NCBI GenBank assembly: GCA_964247055.1
Contig: OZ176054.1
Span: 1,736,001-1,800,000 of the forward strand
Length of the DNA stretch: 64,000 nt
Reading direction: 5' to 3'
From: Paragordius varius
Lineage: Eukaryota; Animalia; Nematomorpha
Of the stretch, positions 26,709 to 55,796 are shown piece by piece. Position numbers and translations under genes: made by a program. The notes under the pieces are model-generated. The model saw nothing but the letters and a program-made list of their open reading frames with translations, was not told where the DNA came from and did not search any database. How positions within the stretch are numbered: position 1 is the first letter of the stretch; every line of letters starts with the position of its first letter.

Positions 26709-27688
26709 CATCCCGTTATTTTTTGGGGTAGTTTTATATCCCAGAGCGATTAAAATAAGAGTATCTTAAAATTTATTTATATTGATCCGAATTTAAGGAT
26801 ATAAAAAAATTTAAAATGTAAAATTGTAAAACGAATCATCTCAAACTTTTTTGCCGCCATTTTTTTCTATAATTTTTAAAGTTGATGTATTAGGCAAATA
26901 AATGTATAATATTATAGTTAAAAATTTAAATAATTAACTGGAAGCTTTTAGGCTACTTTAACCCGAAAAAACTTGATATATTTTGAATTTAGTATCATCT
27001 GTTCGTTTCAACCGTGTTTTGGTGCTGTCCCAATTTTAGACTCTAGGAGTCACACAACTGTAAAAATTTAAGTTTTTTATCTAATGCATGAGAACTAGGG
27101 TTGTGCTGACCAAGTCATGACCCGGTCAATTGACCGGGTCATGACTTGGTCAGTGACTATTTATTTTTTGACCATGGTCATTTCAGCTGTTTTTTGAAAA
27201 ATTGCTGGTAATTTTTTTTGGAAGAAAAATAGTAAGTTATTTTTTAATATATTAAAAAATATTTGCTTATTTAAAAATTTAAAATGTTAAACAATTTAAG
27301 CATATCCAGTTATTTCGAAAAAGAAAACAATCCAACTTTTTATAAAATATTCAATTATTCCATATATGTGAACTAATAAAATGAAAAAAACATTTTATAA
27401 TTGGATATTTCAATGATCAAAGAAAGTGTAAAAAAGCGAGGTATTCTAAAATTCAGAATTAATTTCATAATCCAATATCGCATGGTATTTACTTAGGAAA
27501 AGTGGTTATGACTGTGGTTATGACCATGATAGTCTGACCGGGTCTGACCGGACTTTTTTGAAAAAGCAGTCAAATGCACAACCCTAATGAGAACGTTAAT
27601 TGATAACTAATTTTTTAAAATAACTTTCAAAACTGAAGTTTATTTACAAAATTGTATAAAACTGCCTAAGTGAAAAGGTAAGGAAGTT
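26709..27688. mobile_element. piggyBac-like MITE (family B) interrupted by a hAT MITE
   Basis: TTAA at 26705-26708 and 27689-27692; colinear with 33839-34352 once 27096-27586 is removed. Confidence 0.7.
27096..27586. mobile_element. hAT-superfamily MITE, 491 bp, perfect TIRs and 8-bp TSD
   Basis: TIRs TAGGGTTGTGC and GCACAACCCTA; TSD ATGAGAAC at 27088-27095 and 27587-27594; subterminal TGACC repeats. Confidence 0.93.
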
Positions 27689-28488
27689 TTAATAACGTAA
27701 AATTAAATTACTAATAAAAATATATTGTTTCCCAAAAATGGTCATCGACATTCTTAATATATGAAAATTATTTAACACGGGTCAATTTTAAAACACACAT
27801 AATTATCATAAAATATTTTGGCTTTGAAAAAATTTTTGGTGAATTTTGGATTTTAGAATATGACACTAAGTAGATAATAATTTAACATAGTTTGCAGAGC
27901 CGAACTCAGATGGCATAAAGTTGTAAAATTGGTTTAAAAATCGATTCGTGGAAAATTTACAGAACATAAAAAATAATGACATCATGTATGATGTGATTAA
28001 TATGTCAAAACCTTTTTCTTAATTAGCACAACCATACTTTAAATATTAATCAAATTAAGTTAACATATTTTTAATCCGATATGGGTGTATCGCATCATAC
28101 CATCCTCAAAACAAAATTAAATTATAACGCCATTTAAAATTGTTGTCTCAATAATCCTTATGCAATATTGTCCGTTAGATTGTAAATAATGTTAACTTTT
28201 TTATCCAGCTTTTAAATATATGGAAACATTTTTAATTTATTTATAGATATGAAAGTACATTTATCAAGTATATAAATTCTTGTAAATTATTTTGATGATT
28301 TAAGTATATTTGTCTGAAATAATATATATAAATTATATGGATATAACATATAATTGGGCATAAAATATTAGTTACAATAGAGTACAATGATAGTATAATG
28401 AGAGACGACATCACACGACAACAAACATAAAAAATATAGGGAAATAAAATGACTAATTGAGTATTTTATCACATATATAAATAAATTA

Positions 28489-28669
28489 CAGTATGCACGT
28501 TAATGTTGGACGATTATCAATACAGTAGTGTATGGGTTAAAACAACAAAATGATCAAATTAAACAACTTTTCCCCTTTCTTGCAGCAACATTTTTGTGGA
28601 TGCAATTTGTTTTAAAACACACGCTACTGTAGTATTACCAAACTGGTCAACATTAATGTGAAAATACTG
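28489..28669. mobile_element. Tc1/mariner-like foldback MITE, TA TSD, in the likely 3' UTR of the prohormone gene
   Basis: TA|CAGTATGCACGTTAATGTTGG..TACAGTAGTGT versus ACGCTACTGTA..CAACATTAATGTGAAAATACTG|TA; ~60-bp imperfect TIRs. Confidence 0.75.
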
Positions 28670-28714
28670 TAATGATATAATATACAAGAAGCAATTAAAA
28701 AGGTAAAATTATGA

Positions 28715-29526
28715 TTAAAAAATAGGATATAGTAAACGGCGTTTGTTGAAGCGTGCCGTTCCACCTATCCTATCGATTCCAAGCCCTGGTTGTTCGATAG
28801 GATCTAATCGACCTGGTCTCTCCAACAAAACATCATCCAGCCCAATCAGGTAACGCAAATTTTCAGGACGTAATCCTAATTGATTTTCATACATATTTCT
28901 CCCATTGTTTCTAATCTCTTCTTTCTCAGCTGTTTTTGCAATCAATTATAATTTTTTTAACATTTATACTGACTGCATTTAACGTGTATTATTTATATTT
29001 AACAAACTTTAGAAGCTTAAAAGCCATTAATGTTATAGCTTTGGGGCTAGTTTTTACAAAGGTTATTGTAAAAAATATTTTTACTAAATTTACGTAAACT
29101 AAAAATTACCATAACAATTATGTTGTCTACACATGACTCGTTTGGCAACTAAGGATTCCCCTAAGCTTTCAACTTGTCTTTTTGGCCTAATAGCACTTTT
29201 CTGAAGAATTTCTAAGATCAGAAATAAATTATTATTATAATATTATTTCACTTCACTTCCTTATATGATGCTAAAAAAGTGTAAAGAAAAAGATATAAAT
29301 TAGCTGGTAACAACCTTAAACCAAATTATAAATGATGTTCAATTTTTTACCTTTTTTTATTAGAAATAAAAACCAACATACCTCTGTAAGAGTGTTTCGG
29401 AGGAATAGCTGATATAGTGGGTATGAAATAGGAAAATCCCAATAAACATAATAATAAGATGGTGTAACAATTTTCATAACATTGATATATCAAACGGGAA
29501 TTCATTCCAACCTTCAGTGGGTGCAT
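28715..29526 (-). CDS. Secreted neuropeptide/prohormone-like precursor, 3 coding exons, 153 aa (146 from second ATG at 29505)
   Basis: Exons 29526-29382, 29211-29110, 28929-28715, joined by two phase-1 GT-AG introns. Protein: MHPLKVGMNSRLIYQCYENCYTILLLCLLGFSYFIPTISA-IPPKHSYREILQKSAIRP-KR-QVESLGESLVA-KR-VMCRQHNCYAEKEEIRNNGRNMYENQLGLRPENLRYLIGLDDVLLERPGRLDPIEQPGLGIDRIGGTARFN-KRR-LLYPIF*. Hydrophobic signal-like stretch, three dibasic sites, GC raised above flanks. Confidence 0.8.
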
Positions 29527-30149
29527 TGATTTATAAAGCTCAGGCTAAATATTGGAGACACAGAAATTGAAAAATAAATTTTTAGTAACTGTAAAATGTT
29601 ATTAATAAAGCTGTTTAAGGGTTTTTTTTATTGAAAAATTTTACAATTTTCCCATAATAAATTAAATAAACACTACTACGGTACAATACAATATACAATT
29701 TTAAACCACATCTGTAAAAATTATAAAGCGCATAAATTAATAAATTATAATAAGAATTTTAAAGTCTAGGTCAAAAAAGTAGTATAGATAGCGCGTCATT
29801 GTTTATAAAAATAATAATTTATATTTAATTAAAAATTATTTATTTAGAATATAAGGGAAATAATAAATAAATCATTTAGCTGAAAAATAAAATTGCATTT
29901 TTTGGAATGATTCTTAAATTTCGAGGAAAAGAATGACTTCATAAATAAGGTGTGTGTGTGTGTGTATGTAAATTTAGTTATAAAAGACATTATTATTTCT
30001 AGATAATAATTTCTAAATTAAATATAAAATTTAGAAAATTATTTAAATTGGTTTAGTGGTAAATAAAACCAAAAAGTCAAAGAAATCCATCAGTATTTTT
30101 CCATATTTATTTAAATAAACAATGAATGAGATTTCATGGAAATCCGTGC

Positions 30150-30404
30150 AACACAAATGCTTCGTGGGCCGCATTTTTAAATCAAACAATCCGGTGGGCC
30201 ACATTCGAAACAGATAGGGGCCTTAACAACAAAATTTTTATTAGTTTTTAAGCATACATTGTAAAAGATATTTTAACAATTTTTTCTAATTCATTACCGA
30301 AATTTGGAAATAATTATTCAAAAATTTGTGCAAGAATTAACTTTACATATCCGTAAAGTTTTGCAATTAAAATATCGAGCGGGCTATTTTGGAGCACCCC
30401 TGTT
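30150..30404. mobile_element. Degraded hAT (Charlie-like) MITE fragment
   Basis: GGGCCGCATT and GGGCCACATT motifs and a CACCCCTG end; related fragments at ~15160-15320 and ~52218-52250. Confidence 0.5.
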
Positions 30405-30449
30405 AGGGTTTCGCATACTTATAGCTAGTCTTCCTCTAGAATTTAATAT

Positions 30450-30779
30450 TTCGATTACAATTCAAATTATTCCTCAAACAATACTCAAATTCTCCTTAAA
30501 CATTTCAAATTTACCCAAAAAATAAATTATCTGTTTTCGGACTAATGTAACTCATCATTATTATGAAATACATTATGGCATAGTTTATTATTTTTTCAGC
30601 ATTATATCAATTTTAAACGGATTTGCATTTTTTTAAAATATAAAAAAATAGGGATATTTTTAACCATAACAAACACATCATTTATTTTAGAGTGAATTTG
30701 AATTGTTCGAGGGTGAATTTGGATTATTCAAGGGTGATCTTGAATTGTTCAAGGGTGAATTTGAACTGTAAATGGTATA
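30450..30779. mobile_element. MITE family A1
   Basis: Degenerate left arm, family core, intact right arm ending GAACTGTAAATGGTATA. Confidence 0.8.
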
Positions 30780-32651
30780 TATCAATAAACTAATATTTAA
30801 ACAAAAATCACAGATTTTAAAAAATAAAACAGGGAATTTAAAAATGATAGTCTATTTTTTAGTTATCAATAGCGGAAATAGAATAGCTCGACTTATACAG
30901 ATCTAATTTATGCAAATACAACTTACTTTTGAATATGAATAAAAAATTTTGACAGTGAATCAAATTATGAGAAATATGGTAGGTATATCGCCAAAAATTA
31001 ATAAGGAAAAAAAAGTGATGAGTTAAGCTAAGTGTTATACTAAAAAACTTAATTATCTATCATATAAATTTTTCAATTATTCTGGATAAAACAGAAGATG
31101 GAAGAGAGGTGCTAAAATGATATTATATGAAGTTAATTAATTTAATTTAGTGACAGAACAGATAAATGTAACACCCTAGTCTAGGGTGTCGCGTAATATA
31201 TAATTTATATATATATATTATATCTTTTGTTTTATTGGATTAATTAGATGAGAGTAACAGAAAAGTTATTGGAAAATTAATTATTCCATATAATAATATT
31301 GACATAAAGTTAGTTACCTGTGTAGATAGATAAATATATAAAAACCTAAAAAATGAAAATGTTAAAGAACAAAGCACGACACACCTCTAAAATTGGCCCA
31401 AAATAATTTTTAAAAGTCTTATGAACCCAAATGAAAAAGCTATCAAGAATTAACAATGGAAAAAATTATAATGAAAAATTGCATATTTAAATTTATTGTT
31501 AATATTTTTTTGAAAAAATCATTTATCATAAATTATATATCTTAAATTATATCTATTTTTTTGAGTTTTGAAAGTTTTAAAGTTGCAATTTTGGATTCAA
31601 GGTAAGTAGTAAATACCAAAGGTGTGACCTTGGGGATTTGTTAAATTAAAAGTATATTTAAGCTGTTTTTTTCAAGATTAACCTTTAAAAAGTGGTAAAA
31701 TGCGTTACTACAGATAAATATAAAAATTATATTATACTTATATACAAAATATCTTAAATGAAATCTTATTTCTCTAAAAAAATTGCAAAATTTTAGCACC
31801 AAACATCTAATTAATATTTTGTGTGATTGGGAGAAAGCAATTAATTTGTTAATCTTAAGAATACAAATATAATTATAAAATCCCCCCACAAACTAATATT
31901 TTATCAAGAGTGATGTATTAATTATTATAGTTGAAAAATGATTTAAAAATGCAAATTTTTATAAATTATTTATAACATGTAAATATTACCTTATATTTCT
32001 GAATAAGGGGTGGAATTTTATATATTCTTCATTTACAAAAAATAATCTAAGGTGAAGCAAGCGAAATATTATTGATTAATTTATGTTTATACCACAAAAA
32101 ACAATTTTTTTGTAAAATAAAATATTCAAATATTATGCGACAATTTTACACTAATATATTCCGGAAACATAAAATAATTAATTTTGTAAATCAGAAAATA
32201 TATGTTTAAATAGATTTTAATTGCTAAAACAAGTTTAATCTAAATTTGGTCACATCCAGATATTTAAAAAATAATAAATACCATAAAACTTTTAGTTGAA
32301 AATAAGGTTATGTCAAAAACAAAACATGACAATTGTCATTTTTTCCACAAAATTAATTGTATAATTTTTGTAAAAAATTATAAAATTCGTGATTTTCAGA
32401 AACTCAACTAAACTGGAAATAACTGGTTATAAAAATGTCAATTTTTGGACCGTTAATGTATTTATAAATATATATAATTAATGACTGATTTTCAAACCAT
32501 CTTAAATATTTTTTATATTATAACTAACAAGGTTTTATAAAAAAACATATCATGGATACTAAGTTTCCATAGATATATATAAATATAAAAATGTGATTAA
32601 ATTTTATTAATGATATTATAAAAATATTAAATATTTAAGTAACATTTTGAC

Positions 32652-32840
32652 CATGGGTGTCCAACACAAATATTTTCGATGCTTTAATGATTTTTGCTTT
32701 TTTGAATGTATTTTAAGCCCAATTTCGGATGATGTAACTTTTAAATAATCGAAAATTTATGATTGAAATCTAATTTTTCTATTTTTTAGCCTTTTTTTGA
32801 GACTTTTGCGTTAACCGAAAAAAGCGTGTTGGACACTCTA
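32652..32840. mobile_element. hAT-like MITE (GGGTGTCCAACAC ends)
   Basis: GGGTGTCCAACAC ... GTGTTGGACACTC; diverged paralogue at ~6263-6450; no clean TSD seen. Confidence 0.6.
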
Positions 32841-33838
32841 TTTTATTATTTAGTCTTTTTCTTAAAGTTACTATCTCCATCCAGAGTATATATTTAAAAA
32901 AATCAAGGGAATGATAAACTTAAAAATTTGTTTAAAGCCCTTGAAACACCATTTAAAATTTCCAAATAAAAGTTTAAAGAAAGGGTCATTTTTTTCTATG
33001 AACACTAATTATTGTGCATGAAACATTTTTAAAGTTTTGTTACATCATTGAACAATTGGAGATGGTATCTCATTCAGACATAACCTTGATGTCCACTTCA
33101 TTTTGCATTAGAGATGTACTTTTTTTAAACAATGAAGCTTAAAATTTGGAATAGTACTCTTGAAAATTTAAAATTATATGTACGAAGCAAAAACTTTCTG
33201 GTGTTTTATATTATGCTTGGCAAATCAACTATCTAATCAGAGTTTCTTAAAATGTCAAGTGGTTAAAAAAATGATTCAAAGTTTTAAGTAATTATATAAA
33301 ATGTAATATATGTAATTTAGTTAAAAAGAATAATATAATTTAATTAAAGGCATTCCGCCTATTTAAAAATCGTAAGATTGGCTCGGGATCACACAAAATA
33401 ATTAAATTAATGATATTTTTACAATAAAATTATATCCCATACCTGCTTTCAAAAATTAATTAATTAATTATAATTATGAGCCTCTAGAGAGACATCTTGT
33501 CATTATTAAAAAAGTTTAAGACGCAAATCTTATGCATTGATTGTGGTGATACAGGAAGCGTTTCTAAGCTTGATAAATTCATATAATTAATTATGTGTAC
33601 ACAAAAAAATGTATTTCCAAGTAAGCCTCTATTAAGATCGTTAAAATGTTTTTAGTTTTAAACTTGCAGATGAGTTAAAATTTCGTGTGGGGAAAAATGG
33701 TTTTTGAAGATTTTTGGTAAAAGTTAAAGATTTCCAAAATATCATTTAATAATAGTGCATAAATCTGGGGGTATAACATTTATCCGAAATTAATTTAGAA
33801 AGTAAAAAAATATTAATTAATTTAGACGTAGGCTTTAA

Positions 33839-34352
33839 CACTTCATGACCTTTTGGGTAGTTTTCCAGGGAGATTTAAAGTTTGAATAACTAAAAAATGT
33901 ATTAAGCCGAATTTAATATGTTTTTTTAGCCTTTTAGGTGCATTATACAAAAAAATTTTTAGTAAGATGTTTAATTGTGAAAAAATCCTCATCTCAAACT
34001 TTTTCGGCGCCATTTGTTCCACATTTTTTTAAATCGCTAATGCAAAATAAACGTATTATTATGGTTAAAAAATGTAAATAATTAGCTTTAAAAAGCTTTC
34101 AGGCTCCATTTTACCACCAAAAACTTGTTATGGTTTTATTTTAATATTAGATGTACATTTCAATCGTGTTTTGCAGGTGTCTAATTTTATTCTAGAAGTC
34201 ATAAATATGTAAAAAAGCTTTTTTTATACATGAGAACAATATAATAAAATTTAAACTAAAAAAACTTTAACAGTAGTTTCTTTACAAAGCTCTGGGATAT
34301 AAAGATACCCCAATATTCCAACTAGGACAAAAAGTGAAAAGGTCATGAAGTG
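33839..34352. mobile_element. piggyBac-like MITE (family B), uninterrupted copy
   Basis: TTAA|CACTTCATGACCTTTT ... AAAAGGTCATGAAGTG|TCAA; single ATGAGAAC at 34230-34237. Confidence 0.8.
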
Positions 34353-34821
34353 TCAAAATCAAACATTTCTGAACCCAATTGAAACGGAGATTTCTAAAAA
34401 TAAACGGAAAAATACCGAGATTGCATAAACATTTTTCAATATTGATAGATTTTGACATTACAAAATTTTTTTAAAAGCATATTCTTCCTCATAGTTTTGT
34501 TCAAGTTTATACCTTATGATATAAAAATGATGCAAACGGTATAAAAAGGTTTCATTTTAAAAACATATTATCTATAAAATACAATGACACCTTAATAAGG
34601 TTTTCTTACTTTCAAATTTGAGGAACGAAATTTTGTAAAAATACCGCCATATTTTATTTTGAAAGGATCATTTTATAACTGAGAAAATGGAATGTTCAGC
34701 ATCATCGATTACATGAAAGTTTTCATGTTCGCTTCATGTTTCACGATAGCATAGGTACTTCAAAATTTGCCAACATTTTATTTTTAAAAAAAATTTTCTT
34801 TTTTACTCAAAATCTAACATA

Positions 34822-36066
34822 TATACCATCTGCAGTTGAACAGTGTTCTTTAATACCCCAAATTCATCCTTAAACATTTTAAGAGTGCCATTGAACACTC
34901 CAAGTTGGTCCATGAACACTTCAAGTTGGCCCTGAACATATTCATATTGTTTCTAGCATTTATTAATAAACCATGTACTCAATTCTATCATTTCCAACCT
35001 ATTATATATGTATACTAGCAGGAAGTCCTTCGGACTTCTGGGGGGCATATTTGATTTTATAAGCAATTTTATTATGCGACACGAAGTTTTAAAATGATTC
35101 ACATATATCATAAGTTTTCTGAAATTTAGCCCCAAAAGTACGCTATTCGATATGACGGGTCAGTTTTTCGCGGGTAGCTCCTCACCTAGCAGCTATCATC
35201 AAAGAAACGCTTGATTAAAATTTTTGCCTTTTAACAGGGAATACGTGGAATCCTTATTGAATTTTTACGGTCTCATACCTTGGGCGAAAAATAGATTCAA
35301 AAAATTATTTTTGTGGACTTTGTTTTTTGAAAAAATGGCATTTTACGGGGGAGCGGGTAAAAAGAGGCCTAAATTAAAAAAGCGAGACGACTATGTTCGG
35401 CGCAATCGAAAATAACTAAACAAAAATCATATTTGAAATTGAATGGTCCAACACGTTTTCCGGAAAATTGTCTCAAAGACACATTTTTGTGGACTTGTGT
35501 TTTCAAAAAAAATCCGTTTTTTACACGGGGTGGGCCCGAACTGGGGGCTTAATTTAAAAATAAGGGCGAAGCTATTGTCGGGGCATTGATTAATGATTAT
35601 TTTTTTTGGTATTTGGATTTGAATGGGTCTATCGGTTTTCCGGAAACAGATCACAAAGCCAGCATTTTCCATTTTTATAAATATATAGATTATAAATTTT
35701 TAGATCATAATCAACTTTTTTATATGATAACACTATATTTGTTTTTTCATTATCAGTTCACATGTAATTAACATATATTTAATTTTTCTGGGTTATAAAT
35801 TTTTTGTTTATAACATTAATAAATAATATAGTTGAATTGGAAAAAACGAACCAAATGTTGAACTTAAATTGAAATTGTTATTTTTAAATGAAAAATACTT
35901 ATAAAAAAGATATTTGGTTAAAATATAAAAAAATATATGATCACATTCAAAATTAGGATAAACACAAACTCTAAAAATAAAAATTATTGAAGTGTTTAAG
36001 GACCGACTTGAAGTGATCAAGGAGCTATTTGATGTGTTTAGGACACTTTGAAGTGCAAATGGTATA
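34822..36066. mobile_element. Long MITE family A2 copy (1.24 kb) with a GC-richer interior containing a diverged ~170-bp direct repeat
   Basis: TATACCATCTGCAG ... TGCAAATGGTATA; 21-bp repeats TGAACACTTCAAGTTGGTCC (left) and GGACCGACTTGAAGTG (right). Confidence 0.7.
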
Positions 36067-36070
36067 TTAA

Positions 36071-38060
36071 CACTTCGATTTAAAGTGAAGCATTTAGTGA
36101 CCCCAAACTATAATAAAATTAATATTTTAAAAACAACTACAAACGATATATGTTTCTATCCTAATAAAAATTATAAATAAATTAAACTACCTAGATACAA
36201 TTTAGTTTGAAAAAATGGTCCATATCCAACTACTTCGACGCCATTTTTATTTTAAAATATATTTATTCTAACGCTAAAGTTAATGCTATTTGTTTATTTG
36301 ATTACCTTTAGTGTTGATATAAACAGGTTTATTTTGCTTTCTAACCCATAAAATAAGTAATACCAGTTTTTTAAAACAAGTCTTATTTTATATTTTAATG
36401 AATCCGTGTTATTTTCGCAATGGTTTTATGACAATTTTAGAGGGATTTATTAAGAAGCGAATTCGAATCGGAGGATTGAGATAAGCGTAGGAGTTAATTC
36501 ATGCATGAAAAATCGTTTTTGCGTAATTTCGGCATGCGTTTATTAGCACTTCATGACCTTTTAGAAAAGTTTTACTCCAGGGCCATTTATTTAACACTGT
36601 GAAACACATTCATTTGAGTCATTTGACTCATATCGGGGTCGTTGGTTCGAGGCCTGTATCAAATACTTCATAAAATATGGAAGGAACTGAAACAATTGCA
36701 TAAGTGTATAATTAATGAACAGAAATATAAAAAAAATTCATTAAAAAACATTAATATTACTTATTTTAAGCTGAAATCCAAAGGTGAAAATCTAGTCACA
36801 TGACATGTCTGCATCAACTAAATTTTAAAAATACAAAATAAACCACTTTGGCTAATTATATCAATGTTAGATGTGATTTGGATAAAAAGTTAGTTTTTAT
36901 TAAGCTTCAAAAGTAATACATATACATTCCTTTCAGTTCAATTCAAATTGGGTTCGTTGGAAACCCCAGCCCTATATAAAATTAAATATTTAAAATATGG
37001 AAGGAATCAAAACCATGGCAAAATCACTTATATAACATTGATAAACCGAAATAAAAATTCATTAAATTCTTGATTTTACTTGTTTTGAGTTAAAAACCAA
37101 AGGTATAAATTTAGTCAACCTGACATGTGTGCACCGGCCAAATTGAAAAATAATTCAAAATAAACCACCTACTCTATTATCAATATTAGATGTGATTTAA
37201 ATAAAAAATTAGCTTTAAATTTACATTTAAATTTAAATGAACACGATATTTTGGAAAAGTTTTGTAAGATAAAAATGGCGTCGAAGTAGATTGACATAGA
37301 ACTTTTTATCAAAACGAAATTTTATTTTGATATTTTAACCTACTTATATAATTTATTTTAGGATAGAAGAATAAATTTAAATTCGTACTGTTTCCTTGAG
37401 TAGTTTTTTTTTAAAATACTGACTTAATTTCAGTCTGGGGTATTTAGATACCCCAATTTGAATCGATGTAAAAATGTTGTGAAATGCAGTTTGATATGAA
37501 ACTTTTTTCAAACGAAATTTTATTTAGATATTTAGGCTCATATCTAGAAAAAAGTATAAAAGCATAAAGGGAACGTTTCTTTTAGCAGTTTTTAAATATA
37601 TCAACTTAAATATAGTCACAAATTTAGCCACCCCAATTGAAATCGAAATGATAATAAAATAAAAAATATTTTTGACATTAGTTCTCTAATATAAAAATAT
37701 GCTTTCTTTAGCTTATGCGCAGGAGACAAATATTAAAAAATATAAAATTGTTAATCCTAATTTTATAGCCGTCATTTTTTCTTATTGTTTAAATAGTATA
37801 TACAACAGAAAATCATGTATATTATGGTTAAAAATTAAAACTCTTTTAGAGAGTTATTATTTACCACGAAATCTTTTTAATTTACAATTATAAAATAGGT
37901 GTTTGGTGTTTTTGGATATATAAATTTTAGATTCTGGAACTCAAAAAGGAAAATTTTAGATAATAACAACCTTCAAAACAGTAGTTTTTGTTAATAGTTT
38001 TAGAGTAGGAAAGTACCCCAAAATGTCATCGAGAACAAACAACGAGAAGGTAATTAAGTG
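36071..38060. mobile_element. Cluster of interdigitated TTAA-type MITE ends (families B and C) with a ~320-bp tandem duplication
   Basis: TTAA|CACTTCGATT at 36071, CACTTCATGACC at 36547, family-C right ends near 37465 and 37645, AAGGTAATTAAGTG|TTAA at 38060; direct repeat 36636-37215. Confidence 0.6.
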
Positions 38061-38511
38061 TTAAAAGGCTAATTTTAAATACGGTTCAAATATTGGCACA
38101 GATCTTTATACATTTATTAATAATATCTACGTTAAATATATATGTATTTAATTCTCGATATTTGAGAATTCAAATATTGTACGCTAATAGATTTTTTGAT
38201 ATGAGCATACGACACAAATGCGCTAATAATTTTTTAAATTCGATTCTTTAAAACCAAGATGATCAGGATATTTCCATCATGAATACTATATTTTTAGATA
38301 TCTAGATTTTGTGTAAACCATTGTTTTTATTTATATACATTAATAAAAATATAATAAGCCTATTAAATAATTTGATATTTTGTTGAAATAATTACATTTG
38401 AACATATTTATTATAATCAGATGTCTGCATTATTTATCATTAAATTACAACTGTTATTTTTGATAGAGGATCGGGCTTGTTTTTGGATTGGTTCAAGATG
38501 ATTATTTCCTT

Positions 38512-55101
<16,590 letters not shown>

Positions 55102-55749
55102 TATGGTTCAGGCGCAAATTATTCAGATATTTAATATTCTTCGCTTCTTTATTATCATATTTGATTAAATATTTCTGTACCCACTTTTTTGTCTTTGGTA
55201 CATGGCTTTACTGATTTACCTTTTTGATTATTATTATTATTATCTATGTTTTTTATGACTTAATAACTTTCTTATATTGTGCAACAAATAATTTGATATA
55301 GTCAATTGTATATATTATAAATAGAGGAAATCAATAAATAAATTAATTTAAGAAACATTATACAGTATGAGTAAGTTTAGTATATGTTGCTAGTTTTTCG
55401 TTAATTATTGCCAGATAGCATAATCAGCAAAGGGGCAACATAATTGACTATGGTTATTTTTTTACTTTTTATTATTGGCCAATAATAATGCTCTTTGCTT
55501 ATCTTACAATTTTCAATGTATACATACTAATCATACTATTTATCAAAATTTTATATGTCTACACTCGCTCAAATTGATGTTTAGATTTTGATAATGTGAT
55601 AGATGGAGCTTCGGAATTACATTATCATCCGTAATTAAAACAACAGCTAGATTTTAGTTATTTAAAAAGTAACCACAAGAGTGGACTATCTTCTCTCAAA
55701 TCACTGGTAAGGCCCAAAACCGCAGCATGAGAATTCTGATACACTTTTT

Positions 55750-55796
<47 letters not shown>

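Noticed and set aside
29115-29135. CRQHNC as a vasopressin/oxytocin-type nonapeptide
   Set aside because: C-x4-C spacing matches, but it does not follow the signal peptide, lacks P-x-G-K-R, and there is no neurophysin domain.
33040-33600. Possible decayed hAT transposase on the minus strand
   Set aside because: Only vague KWTSR and C-x-x-H-like fragments with many stops; cannot be supported without a profile search.
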